From assembly GCF_021869535.1 (NCBI RefSeq), contig NW_026262668.1, forward strand, positions 129,146,001 to 129,210,000: a stretch of DNA of 64,000 nucleotides, read 5' to 3'. The notes under the pieces were generated by a model. That model saw only the letters and a list, made by a program, of their open reading frames with translations. It did no database searches and was not told the DNA's origin. The DNA is from Mytilus californianus (taxonomy: Eukaryota). Positions 1-11,530 of the stretch are shown here, in pieces (the stretch's first letter is position 1; each line of letters opens with the position of its first letter). The position numbers and the translations under genes are program-made.

Positions 1-260
1 TGTTATCATTTTACTCATAAGAAGTGAGCAATTAACAGGGAAAAAAAATATGCTGTTTGTCAGCAGTCACTGAACCATGAAAATGAGGTCAAGAGCAATG
101 GACATATAACAGACGGAAACTTCGTAACATGAGGCATCTGTTTACAGGGTATAAAGTCTTCATCCTTCTGAAATATAAAGCTTTAAACAAACAAGACTAC
201 ATCGTCGTTGCGGCCATCGCACGATTAACTTAATTATTGGTTTAAAACCTAATCTGTTGG
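1..260 (+). mobile_element. 3' remnant of a pearl/HINE-like interspersed repeat
   Basis: Shares TCACTGAACCATGAAAATGAGGTCAAG...ACAGACGGAAACTTCGTAACAT with 6140-6270 of the element at 5183-6350. Confidence 0.55.
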
Positions 261-635
261 GGGAATACAACATCACAGGACATCCTGCTTGTGATCTATG
301 GAATCTACTAACTATACATTAAATCAAATATTGAATTGGAATTATGTTCCCATATCTGACTGGGATGAGTTAACTCTTTTGAATATTTGTAGAAAAAAAG
401 AACTTATTTTTTATTAAGGTGGTCTTTTCTGTCACGCCTAATCAATTGAGCAGTAACAGTATGGATAGCAAAAATTGTACTTCACGGTAAGCTATAGATG
501 TTTACATCCCTTTCATTTGGTCTGGGAAGGATAGCAGTCTTATTGGTAATAATACTACATCTCCTTATTTTTTAGAAACATACAATGTTTCACCACACAG
601 CAACATCATTTAAACATTTTCTGTACTATATATAA

Positions 636-830
636 ATAAGAAGATGTGGTATGAGTGCCAATGAGACAACTATCCATCCAAGTCACAATGTGTAAAAAGT
701 TAACAATTATAGGTCAAAGTACGGCCTTCAACACGGAGCCTTGGCTCACACCGAACAGCAAGCTATAAAGGGCCACAAAAAGACTAGTGTAAAACAATTC
801 AAACAGGAAAACCAACAGTCTTTATTTAAC
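636..830 (+). repeat. Abundant short interspersed repeat (GTGGTATGAGTGCCAATGAGACAAC family)
   Basis: The same motif recurs near 3170(-), 11550(+), 11830(-), 17600(-), 18040(-), 23610(+), 24360(+), 25370(-), 27600(+), 28120(+), 52560(-) and 53710(-). Class not determined. Confidence 0.85.
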
Positions 831-869
831 AACTATTTATTTGTCATTAATGTGATCATTTTTATCATA

Positions 870-989
870 CTAACTTTGAGGTATAAACTCTAACACTGGT
901 GATCTCTTTTCTTTAGCTGCCTCTTCAATTGTTCTTACTTTAATTTCACTAGCAGTTACATCCTCAAAACTGAATTTAAACTGTGCCAC
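870..989 (-). CDS. Uncharacterised 172-aa protein, last coding exon (VAQFKFSFED...LEFIPQS*)
   Basis: Acceptor TTTATGATACAG|GTG, phase 0, 40 codons ending TAG. Phase matches the donor of 1786..1898. Confidence 0.75.
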   Translation of the reverse strand: MAQFKFSFEDVTASEIKVRTIEEAAKEKRSPVLEFIPQS

Positions 990-1785
990 CTGTATCATAA
1001 ATAAAAAGGTTACAGAAGTGTCGGTGTCAATATTTATACATAAGAAACACAGCAATGCATCAAGTTAAATAGGACACAAGCATCACTATATTAGAATACT
1101 AGTACCATATTCATTCTATAAAATTATCACGAGCATTTGCTTTCCAGAATTCAATATGTTAATCATCTATGTAATTCAAGAAAGGGAGTCATGGTTATTA
1201 AACAGAATGATGCCAAACTATTTGTACACAGTAAATCAGATATCTTTATATAGCATTAAAATAAGATTACTTTATTTCCAAACGATCTGTTAGGAGACGA
1301 TCTGATTATTATATCACCATATTCACAGTCTGTGTAGGCAAACTTTGATGACATATACTTCGATATGTTTCCATAATAATGTTTCTTCAAAATATCACCA
1401 AACGCAAACTGAAAGAGATGCAATAGTTCACATTATACAGTGAAAACAAGAGATGCAAAAGTTCACAATATACAGTGAAAACGTTTAACTTCATACAAAT
1501 AGTAGAATTTTATGATAGTCTACAATGTGGAAAGGTATTTAGATGTCTACTGTGTATCACATCTTGATCATGGTAAATAACGAGATGAACTATGTAGAAA
1601 GCTGCCGGTAAAAAAAACTACTATTAAAAGACATCTTAGTACACACAGTCATTTTTCTATACAGCTACTTTATTCATTATTAAATTTGCATATGATCCAA
1701 AATAAAAATGTACGTCACTAAAATATTAAAGTCAAAGGTACTCCTGTTAGCATACTTAAAAATATATTCTTGAAAAATATATCAC

Positions 1786-1898
1786 CTCCAAGACAACAGG
1801 TTCTCCTCTGAACATACTTTTAGCCGCCATGTCCATACCCAAACTGATCTTTTCCATTATCTTCTGATGAAATTGATTTACCATAAGTACCCATGGTT
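1786..1898 (-). CDS. Uncharacterised 172-aa protein, coding exon 3 (EPWVLMVNQF...GEPVVLE)
   Basis: TTTTTATAG| acceptor and GAG|GTGATA donor; 113 bp, phase 1 to phase 0, open frame. Confidence 0.72.
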
Positions 1899-1999
1899 CT
1901 ATAAAAATCAAACAAAAGTTAATGTCTTCTGTTGACAAAACGCGAATTTGGTATACCAAATTATAAGCCTGGAATTTTGGATGATTTTTTTTTAAACCC

Positions 2000-2350
2000 C
2001 CATTGATTAATTGTCTGCTTGACATTCAGTGACAACTATTACATGCATATTCACGACGAGAACAATCAGGTAGGTTCCCGAGTGGGTCGACCGGGGTAAA
2101 CAACACAAATTTCGACCGCCTCTGGAAAATAAGGATATGTTCGATATAAGACATTTGTGGTCCCCTCAAATAGTTGTTGCAAGGGCTCTGTATCGTTAAG
2201 AGAGCGTGTCACTCTCCATACAGGAGGCATCGGTTCAATCGTTCCAATTTCTACCGGTTGTGGCTGTGTATTTATACATCCCATACATCCAAACGAAAAG
2301 ATCTTTAAAGAATGCGTTGTACTAAGAAATTAAGGGATGACCATATTTCT
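2000..2350 (-). mobile_element. Diverged retroelement 3'-end fragment with SINE/LINE-type tail (copy 1, intronic)
   Basis: Homologous to 43235-43595(+): shared AATATGGTCATCCCT start, GCINT.P.P / EPL.Q.F.G / GRPT frame, and an ATGCATG.AATA...CAATCAA-like tail. Confidence 0.45.
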
Positions 2351-2651
2351 ACACCGCAATTAACCTCGGGAATATAAAAAGTATATTAAACAGTGTAACA
2401 GAACAAGATATCAACAAACATATTAACTGCTACCATTATGAAATGCAATTCACAGTTTTTAAGAAGGGTTTTTAATTTTAGCATACTCATTTGATGTTGT
2501 TGATGCGTTTCTTTTTTCTAAATTAACCTTCATTATGATCGCTCCCAAAGTAAGGAATGAATCAGTTTTATATACCCTACTGTAAAGGGCACCAGTGACT
2601 ATTTTGTTTCTCTAATACCTTTTTCAAAGTTCAACATCGTACAATATTTAC

Positions 2652-2788
2652 CTTTCTTCACACAGAAAAAGCAATCTAGACGTTGTATACCACTTCCTGC
2701 CTGTATAATTGGCTGCAGTACCAACGGACGTTTTAACAATTCTTTTCGGAATTCAATCAGCTCATCTACGCTATCCATACAGTAAATT
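2652..2788 (-). CDS. Uncharacterised 172-aa protein, coding exon 2 (IYCMDSVDEL...DCFFCVKK)
   Basis: TCTTTTACACAG| acceptor and AAG|GTAAAT donor; 137 bp, phase 2 to phase 1, open only in the required frame. Confidence 0.75.
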
Positions 2789-3834
2789 CTGTGTAAAAGA
2801 CAATTGTGAACATCACTGATTAATGTTATTAAAAATATAATTAATTATGCTTTGCTGTCTGTAGAGACAGTTCTGTATGTTCAAAACAAATGCATAAATG
2901 TCCATCAAGATCGATAGAACTCCTGAAATGTATAAATCTACATAAATGTTTGCGTTACATTATGAATATATGTAGAAAGAAAAAATAAATGACTCCAATC
3001 TTAGTTTATTTAACCATAAAATAAATTTGAGTGAAAAAGTCATTTCGATTACTGTAAATCTCGTTTTCAAAAAAGTTTGAATTGTTTAGTGATTTTTGAA
3101 AACATGCATATTTTCCAAGTCTTGTGATTTGTTGCTTTTTCCGTTTTGTGAGAGATATAGAGTTGTGCCACCTCGTCATTTGGTCTCTGGTGGATAGTTG
3201 TCTCGTTGGCTGTCATACCACCTCTCCTTAATTTTGTTTTTACTTTTTTTTTTCCAACTTCAGATATTTTTGTTTTTACTATTTGTAACGCTCTCGTTAT
3301 TTCGTCTTTTTGTGAGGGTACTATTGTCCTGGTGTTAGTTTATTTTTATTTGTTTGGGAGTAGAACTAGCCCTGCATGTAATACGTTGTTTTCAGACTTG
3401 GTAATTTTTGAAGAGCGCCACTGGTCGGGTGATTCGTTACATTGGTCTTTTTGGAGGTATTTTGTAACACACCAAAGACTGGTGGACATGTTTATGACTA
3501 AAATATGAGACGTGAACACATCATAGATTCTTTATTTATGATAGATGGAGAGAAAGGTAATAATCACTTATATCAATAAAAGAAGTTCCCAATAGGTACA
3601 ATTATTTCCTGTTTACAGGGTTATAAGATTTTTGCAGTTAGCGATATATGTTAGACGAAGTTTAACCTGATGTTTTAGTAAAAGTTAGGACGCACATATA
3701 TAGAGCTGTACAATGTAGTTATATATTTTATTGTTTTCTCATTTGGTTTAGGTATAATGGTATATAAATTCTGAATTAAAAAGATTGTTAGTTATAGATA
3801 TCCGATTCTATTCTCTTTTGGTTCATTCAGTTAC

Positions 3835-3983
3835 CTCTTTCTTGGAACAACGTTAACCATCCGTGATGTTGATTCCACGCAGTTTTCATCCTTGCCCGCT
3901 TTGACTAGTCCATATAATACATGTCCGTGAGATAAAACATCCTCCTGGGAGGCTAAAATCAAGGCCACTGGCTCTGATTCCAT
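3835..3983 (-). CDS. Uncharacterised 172-aa protein, coding exon 1 (MESEPVALIL...NVVPRK)
   Basis: ATG at 3983 with in-frame stops just upstream. Acceptor CTTCAG| at 4007 implies an upstream non-coding exon. GAG|GTAACT donor, phase 2. Confidence 0.72.
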
Positions 3984-5182
3984 CTTACGTCTTTAGTTTT
4001 ACATATCTGAAGCCCAAACACACACACACACATGTAATACTATTGACAACTTGTATTTAAAACGTTTACTTGGTGCGATTAATATGTTTTATTATTTAGC
4101 AGCTGCAGGGAACCTTACAAATAAATCAACGAAGTCTGACATTAATACTCCCAGCATATTGTTTAATTAATACAATCCGATAATTCATATATTGTCTTCA
4201 ATTCAGCTGCAGGTTAAATATTTATATAGTGAACAAGAAAAACGTTACAGGTAGGGGGAAGAGTGTAGATATTTATACAGCCCACATCACCCCTAAAGTG
4301 AATCATATCCAAGTCATATCCGTGTATGCTTATCGTCATTCGATACCGTAAAATACTATTTTGTGATTATAATAAATGAAAACGCTCATTTTGTGTTTAT
4401 AATGAATGATAACGCACATTTAATAATGACCGCAAATTTATAATGACCAGTAGGAAACAAAACGCCATCTTCATTAGTGCTAGCAAAATACATAATTTTA
4501 AAATCAAATATAATTTATTCAAATATTGTACAGGAAATGCATTCAGTATTCAGACCTTTTTTTAAGTATATTTATAAGATGTTCATTTCATCTCAATCAC
4601 GTATCAAAATCGTTTACTCAATAAAAGAGGATTTCATCTTCAACATTAGTTTGACAAAGACCATGTTCTTTATCGTAATATTGATTGATTGTAGTTTGCT
4701 TAACATCCAATGGCAATAGTCTGTGTGCATATTCCAGATTCATATTAACTGTTAACTTTAATTTTAATAAATTACTTTTAATAAATTTCATAAAAATGAA
4801 ATAGGTGGCTGTTCTTCGTTATTTTACAATTCAGTAATGAGAAAAAAATGTATAACATCTGTGGAATTCACGTATTTTACTTCCGTTTAGTTATACGTTT
4901 AATATTAACATTAATCAGTGATTTTCACAATTGTCTTTTACACAGAATTTACTGTATGGAATGCCTAGTTAATACAGGTATGTAGCATTTATACCTTTAT
5001 TGGATATATTTTATTGTGGTTTGTTTGAACACATTTTATTATTAAATATATTTACGACCTATTTATTTACTTATTCTGGCAATCCTTTATGAAGGAATAT
5101 CTATATAAAATGTAGATAGATCAAATGTATTATTCAACATCTTGTATTTGACATGAAAACTAAAAAAAAACGAAACTTCATT

Positions 5183-6350
5183 AAACAAGAGTGCACACGC
5201 TGAAATGTCTCGCCTGCTTTACTGACCATTGATTTTATGTTGAAAGTTTTAAAGATAAAGGTTCAACTAAAAGAATCACAGAAACTCCGGTCAGATAATG
5301 CTGTAAAACAGACATATACACCTTACAATTTTTTTATACACAAAATATACTTGATCTATTGCTTATGATAATTGAAAAAAACAGACCAAAACACAAAAAA
5401 ACTTAACATTGACCTATGAACCATGAAAATGAGGTCAAGGTCGGATGATACCTGCCAGATAGACATATATACCTTACAATCCTTCCATACACCAAATATA
5501 CTTGACCTATTGCTTATAGTACTTGAAAAACAGACCAAACCACAAAAATTTAACATTGACCAATGAACCATGAAAATGAGGTCAATGTCAGATGAAACCT
5601 GCCAGACTGACATGTACCCATTACAGTCATTCCATACACCAAATATAGTTGTCCTATTGCTTAGAGTACTTGAAAAAAAACAACACAATAACTTAACATT
5701 GACCAATGAACCATTAAAATGAGGTCAAGGTCAGATGATAACTGCCACACAGACATGTACACCTTACAATCATTCCATACACCAAATATAGCTGACCTGT
5801 TGCCTATAGTACTCGAAAAACAGACCAAAACACAAAAACTTAACATTGACCAATGAACCATGAAAATTAGGTCAAGGTCAGATAAAACCTGACAGACAGA
5901 CATGTACCCATTACAACCATTCCATACACCACATATAGTTGACCTGCTGATTATAGTATATGAGAAACGGACCTAATCACGTAACTTTAACCTTGATCAC
6001 TGATCCATGAAATGAGGTCGAGGTCAGGTGAACTCTGTCTGACGGACATATAGACGTTGCAAGGAACCCATTTACCAAATATGGTTATCCTATTACTCAT
6101 AATAAGTGAGAAATTCACATGACAAAATTTTTTTTTTCAAGCAGTCGTTGAACCATGAAAATGAGGACAAGGACATTGGACATATGACAGACTGAAACTT
6201 CGTAACATAAGGTATCTGCATACAAGATATGAAGCATCCAGGTCTTCTACCTTCTGAAATATAAAGCTTTTTACATAGTTTACGCCGCCGCCGCCGGATA
6301 GTTATACCTATGTCTCGCATACTGCGACTTTCGTCTCAGGCGAGACAAAA
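5183..6350 (+). mobile_element. Pearl/HINE-like non-autonomous element with internal ~145-bp tandem units
   Basis: Subterminal inverted repeat TGTCTCGCCT (5206-5215) / AGGCGAGACA (6338-6347). 3' hairpin TGTCTCGC..GCGAGACA, (GCC)n tract, and repeat units at 5405, 5552, 5695, 5842. Confidence 0.7.
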
Positions 6351-7255
6351 ACTGTATTCTATATTCACACACTTTATGCTATGTATATTTTTAAGGACTG
6401 GAATACAACTTGACACAGCGTAATTTTCAATTAAGATTAAACTATAATATATTGAAATCCTAAAGCTGGAGAGACAGCCAATAGTGCCACCTGAAAACTT
6501 GGAAAAGAAATGCTTTGTAGTCAATCTAAGTTCAGTCACTTTTTTTAGTCTTATAATTTCTGTTAGTATATAGATATTCGCAGTTAATAAGTTCAAGTGC
6601 GTCCAAATTGTGTTAGTAGGTCAATTTATCTTTATTTATATTTTTTTGTGGCGGTGTCCTGGTGTTTTCACATTGACACACCCATTTCCTTTTATTCTAA
6701 TTCAAACTGATATGTGTTTGATTGCAATTTCCGATCATTTTTTTAAAAATTATTCTAGATAATCTACAGTTTTAACTACAATGTAGATATTCACAGGTTT
6801 CCCTCAAAATGGTACCAATCTATTATATATTAGTCTAAGGTTTTAACAACAGTCTTTCCCCATAATAAATAAATAAATATTCACACGTACAACTTTTGAT
6901 GATGTATTATATATCACAATATAGAAAGGTTTAAAGGGAAATAAGCTTAAGGTCAACGTATAAAAAGTCAGTGTCAGGTCGAATTAATCGTGATACAAAT
7001 TTTGTCTGCAGATGTACTACCAAATTCCAATTATTGTTAATATTTTATTATTGGAGCAAACAGAAAAAAAACTAAGAAAGTATGGTATATGTTTGGCTGT
7101 ATTAGAACTGGGACTTGCAGCAAATCTTTAAACTGATTCAATCCCCCCCCCCCCCCCACACACACACACACAATTTATTTGAACGTTGATATTTGGCAAC
7201 ATGCCAACAATATGTATTCGCTAAAACATAGGTGGCAGATATCAAAAGGGGAATC

Positions 7256-7635
7256 AAAAATCATAAGTCGAAGAGAGACCGACAAATCAAGGCAAAAATC
7301 ATAAGTCGAAGAGAGACAGACAAATCAAGGCAAAAATCATAAGTCGAAGAGAGACAGACAAATCAAGGCAAAACTCATAAGTCGAAGAGAGACAGACAAA
7401 TCAAGGCAAAAATCATAAGTCGAAGAGAGACAGACAAATCAAGGCAAAAATCATAAGTCGAAGAGAGACCAACAAATCAAGGCAAAAATCATAAGTCGAA
7501 GAGAGACCGACAAATCAAGTCAAAAAACATAAGTCGAAGAGAGACCGACAAATCAAGTCAAAAACATAAGTCGAAGAGAGACAGACAAATCAAGTCAAAA
7601 AACATAAGTCGACAAATCAAGGCAAAAATCATAAG
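7256..7635. repeat. 38-bp minisatellite, about 10 units
   Basis: Unit AAAAATCATAAGTCGAAGAGAGACAGACAAATCAAGGC; period 38 (7261 to 7299). Confidence 0.95.
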
Positions 7636-8953
7636 GCAGGCTTTACTGTGCTTGTGGTAGCCTTTAGTTCAATAAAATTTTTGATTATTTAATGAGAGGA
7701 CATCATCTTTAGCGGAACGTTATGTAAACTACACAGGGAAAACATTACGTTTAATTCGAAGACATACACATACAAAATACCCATGAAACAGGGACACACC
7801 AACACAATTCTTTTAATATTGACATCGTCTTAGGTGTTACGGTACGATTTATATAGACATTTAGATGTTACCATACCTTCTTCCAACTTTACCACAATAA
7901 GGAATTGGCGCTAGTCGGCAAAACAGTTAATGAATTAACAACCGTTTAGCCATTTCTAAATAAACACAAATGACAACAAAAGTCTGGACAGGCACATAAA
8001 ATACGCGGAGGTGTAATTTTCTGCATAAGCAAAAAACCCGATTGATGCTTTAAAAATGCATTCTAGAAATTAATTCATTAAAAAGCATCGAAATTTCAAA
8101 GATTTAAATGATTGAATGTGGTTTTCTTTGAATGTTCAGTGACTGTATTAATAATATTTCAAAGAAGTTTAACAATAATCAGCAAAATAGTTCGTCCAGA
8201 ATGAAGATAAGTAAATTTGGACTGTCACTGAAAAGAATCAGATTTTTTTTTTCTACGGGCCACTAAAGATCAAAGTATATCTACATTAAATCAACTATAA
8301 CTATCTCTACCAACCTTGTCGATGAATGTAGGGAGTTGTAGAAAGCAAACGTAAATTGCTTTTTATTGGTCAATACGAAATAATGTTCTCTTTATACTAC
8401 AGTATTAGCAACTGTACTCTTTCCATATAGCAATGTCGGAAATAAATGGAAAAAAATCAGTAGTGCAACGACTGAAACCCTACATACTGAAAAAATAACA
8501 CCCCCCCCTCCCCCCAAAAAAAATGTGTGTTTCATGTATGAGGTTGGGTACATCTAATATTTTCGAAGTGTAAAAAATTAAAGACTTTTCATCGAGTATT
8601 TTTTTTATCTGAAAAAAGGAAAGATGATTCTTATAAAAACTACAAGTCTCAGATAAACAAACTACACCATGAACAATAGACAAATAAGTTCACAAAACAC
8701 TACACATAAACATATCTAAATCCACCCAAAATCAGGGGTGAACTAATTAAAAATGGTACACTCAGACAAGATGTCGAAATATTTTTTCCCAAAAAAAATC
8801 ATTTTCCTTTTCAGTTTATAGGCTTGTTATATGAGTTTAATACTTCTCATCTGTTGATAAAGTTAATACTATGTGCTATTTTAGATTGCCTTTCACGTAA
8901 TTAAATGTTCTTCAACTTATTCTATTTGACTTTCAAACTGTTTTGATTCCGAG

Positions 8954-8999
8954 CGCCACTTAAGATTCTTATATATGTAGCTGAAACGCACGTCTGGTA
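8954..8999 (+). ncRNA. Degenerate hammerhead ribozyme motif, family A
   Basis: CGCCA-CTTAAGA...GAAA-CGCACG-TC-TGGTA. The core and stem II are mutated relative to 38849-38890. Confidence 0.5.
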
Positions 9000-9033
9000 T
9001 ACTAAATTATAAGCCTGGTATCTTTTAGGACGA

Positions 9034-9285
9034 GGGGCCTCGGTCTAGGTAATCGAACTACTTTATCACTAGCCTGTCAACACTGAGGTTGTGAGTTCGA
9101 ATCCCATACGTGGTAGGTGCGCTCGACTCCGATCTTTATTGACTAGGATTATCAGTTTTCCTAACGATGGTCGTTGGTTCTCTCACCTGGCACTCCGGTT
9201 TCCTCCACCAATAAAAACTGACGTCACGAAATAGCACTATAGTGCTGAAAGTGGCCTTTAACACCAACCAATCAATCAATCAATC
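9034..9285 (+). mobile_element. tRNA-derived SINE
   Basis: B-box-like GTTCGAATCC (9095-9104), central TTTCCTCCACCAAT..AACTGAC block, (CAAT)n tail. A second, split copy lies at 45223-46500. Confidence 0.8.
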
Positions 9286-11123
9286 TCTTAGGATGAGTTA
9301 TCAAGTATAAGGGTTGATTCAAAATAATATTTATAATATGTCTAGATGTTAAACGAAATGTGAATTAGAACTGTAATAATGATTATTGTAACTGGTTTAT
9401 TATTTTGGTCCTGTCTTGAATAAATGTATGTGATTAATATGGGTAAAATCATATATGTAGGTATATACATATATAAGTACAAGTATATATGAACGATTAA
9501 TATTCTATTTCAATGTGCAATTGTGTTATAAAAAACGTCTTGTGTTTGTTGATACGAATGTCATGTTGCCCATCAAGTTAATTATAATAATACATATTTA
9601 TTCATATTCTTATCAAACGGGTGGTTGAGGGAAATATGCTCATTCAAGGAACTATTCCTCATTTGACGGGTGGTTGTGTCAAACTATAGATCGACACTCA
9701 ATACACAAAGGTAATAATAAGGTACACACAATATATACATAGTATATATTTGTAATCTTGTTTATTACAAATATATTTGCATCGTTTAAATGATGAGATG
9801 TAAAGCTTAGTATCGTATTAAAGAATAATCAACAATTGCCCTCTTTCATAAAAAGTTAAATTATTAAAAAAAATTTGGAATTACATTGATAATTTAACAG
9901 AATAACTTTGTTTGTAGTGTATATGAAGTTTTAAGTTTACCATATGATAGCACCAGGCTCTGCTCAATGTTCGGGATAATCTTAGATAAATTCTCTTACT
10001 TGTATTCTAATGAATAAATAGTACGGTAAGTGAAAATTGAATGGCAGCATAGGAAATATACATCTCGCTGTATAGGATAGCTTGAAAAATACATACATTT
10101 ATTTAATATATAGAAACCGAAAGTGGAACTTTTTAATAATTGCTAAATTTCATGCAAAAATTGTCAAGAGTACGTTTAGTAGTACGAAGTTCATAGGATA
10201 TAAAAGCAGAGACCTAAATGAAAATAAATTATCCGGTTAAGATTTTTTTTGTTCAGTCATAAATAGTGTAATACACCGTTTAGTATATGATGTTTATAAA
10301 TTCAAAGTATTTAAGATTATATGAAAACATATTTATTTAGTGTCAAATCAGACTGATAAATCGGTTGCCTGTGGCGCAACAAATAATTTACAAAGGTAGC
10401 TTACAATAACTACATGTATTTATTTTCACCTGTTTACAATGCGGTGATACGTAATGCTTAAACTAAAAGAAACGAGTCAAATAAAGCACTCTGGTTGTAT
10501 ATGTCAGGATTTTCATTTTCTGTTTGTTAATATTTCCTATTATAGATTTGGATGTCGACACAAAGAGCGACAACTACACATTCAGATTTTATAGTCGTAA
10601 TTGATTTAGTTTGATCGATGTCAAGATAAATTCACTTACCTGAACGTACAATTAACACAAACGTTTATTTCTTCTGAAAATATTCCTGTCAATCGGTGTT
10701 CAATAAAAAGTTTTTCAATCAGCCATGTAAAATTCTTTACATGTTTACCGTTTGAAATATGTGCGACCTATTTATGTGTCATACCTGTGACAGGTAAAAT
10801 TTCGCCCACACCGTATACATATCAGTTATAAATAGGTTTAAAGATTTTCCGGATGGAAAAAATATTTGTATAAATAATTAGAATACTATATAACACACCT
10901 TTTTGTACAACATGTACAATTACAAAAGAAAAGTTGTTAAGGAAAGCTTTTCATACTTATATGATCTTATCATGGGTGGCAGCAATTTTCAGATAAGAAC
11001 TATAGGATACTATCGGAATACGAGAATTCGGGAGAAACATATATATATATTGGACGGTTAAACATACAAAGTTATTTATAACGTACAGGAAGACATAGCA
11101 TGTAGAAGAACATTTTTGTTGTC

Positions 11124-11530
11124 TTTACAGAACTTAAAGACGAATTCAACTTTCCCCACGTGACCTTTCCATTTCTCTGTGTCAACCTGTATATCTCCCA
11201 GTTGATGCGATATCCCAGGACTTTCGTTTCCTAAACCAATTTCTTTGATAAAGGGTTGCTGAAGCTATTGAACCAAGTGTTCCAAATGACGAAGCTGAAG
11301 TCATCCCTTCGAACATTTTACAGAAGCCATCATGATTTGATAGACCTTTGTGGAATATCTTTGTCACAGATGACCACTGATATGTTCCACTTGTCGCAGC
11401 CACAATCAAGTTTGCTTTCTACCGATTGCGACATCATGGAAATGCGATTTATAACTGAATTTTTACTTGCAACACAAAAAAAACGACGAGTTTCCCTTGT
11501 GGAGCAGAACTTGAAACCCTCCTGGAGTAC
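11124..11530 (+). mobile_element. Penelope-like retroelement 3' fragment (RT thumb region and tail)
   Basis: Encodes decayed ..VKLKSSLRTFYRSHHDLID..GISLSQM; matches the copies at 33620 and 53200. Confidence 0.7.

Noticed and set aside
5356-5903. Repetitive minus-strand ORFs of 116 and 80 aa
   Set aside because: They are translations of the ~145-bp tandem units of a non-autonomous element.
7256-7635. 38-bp array as a CRISPR array
   Set aside because: Units abut with no unique spacers, no cas genes, eukaryotic context. The same applies to the 30-, 39- and 25-bp arrays.
9034-9110. tRNA gene
   Set aside because: Only a B-box-like motif; no cloverleaf; continues into a SINE body and (CAAT)n tail.
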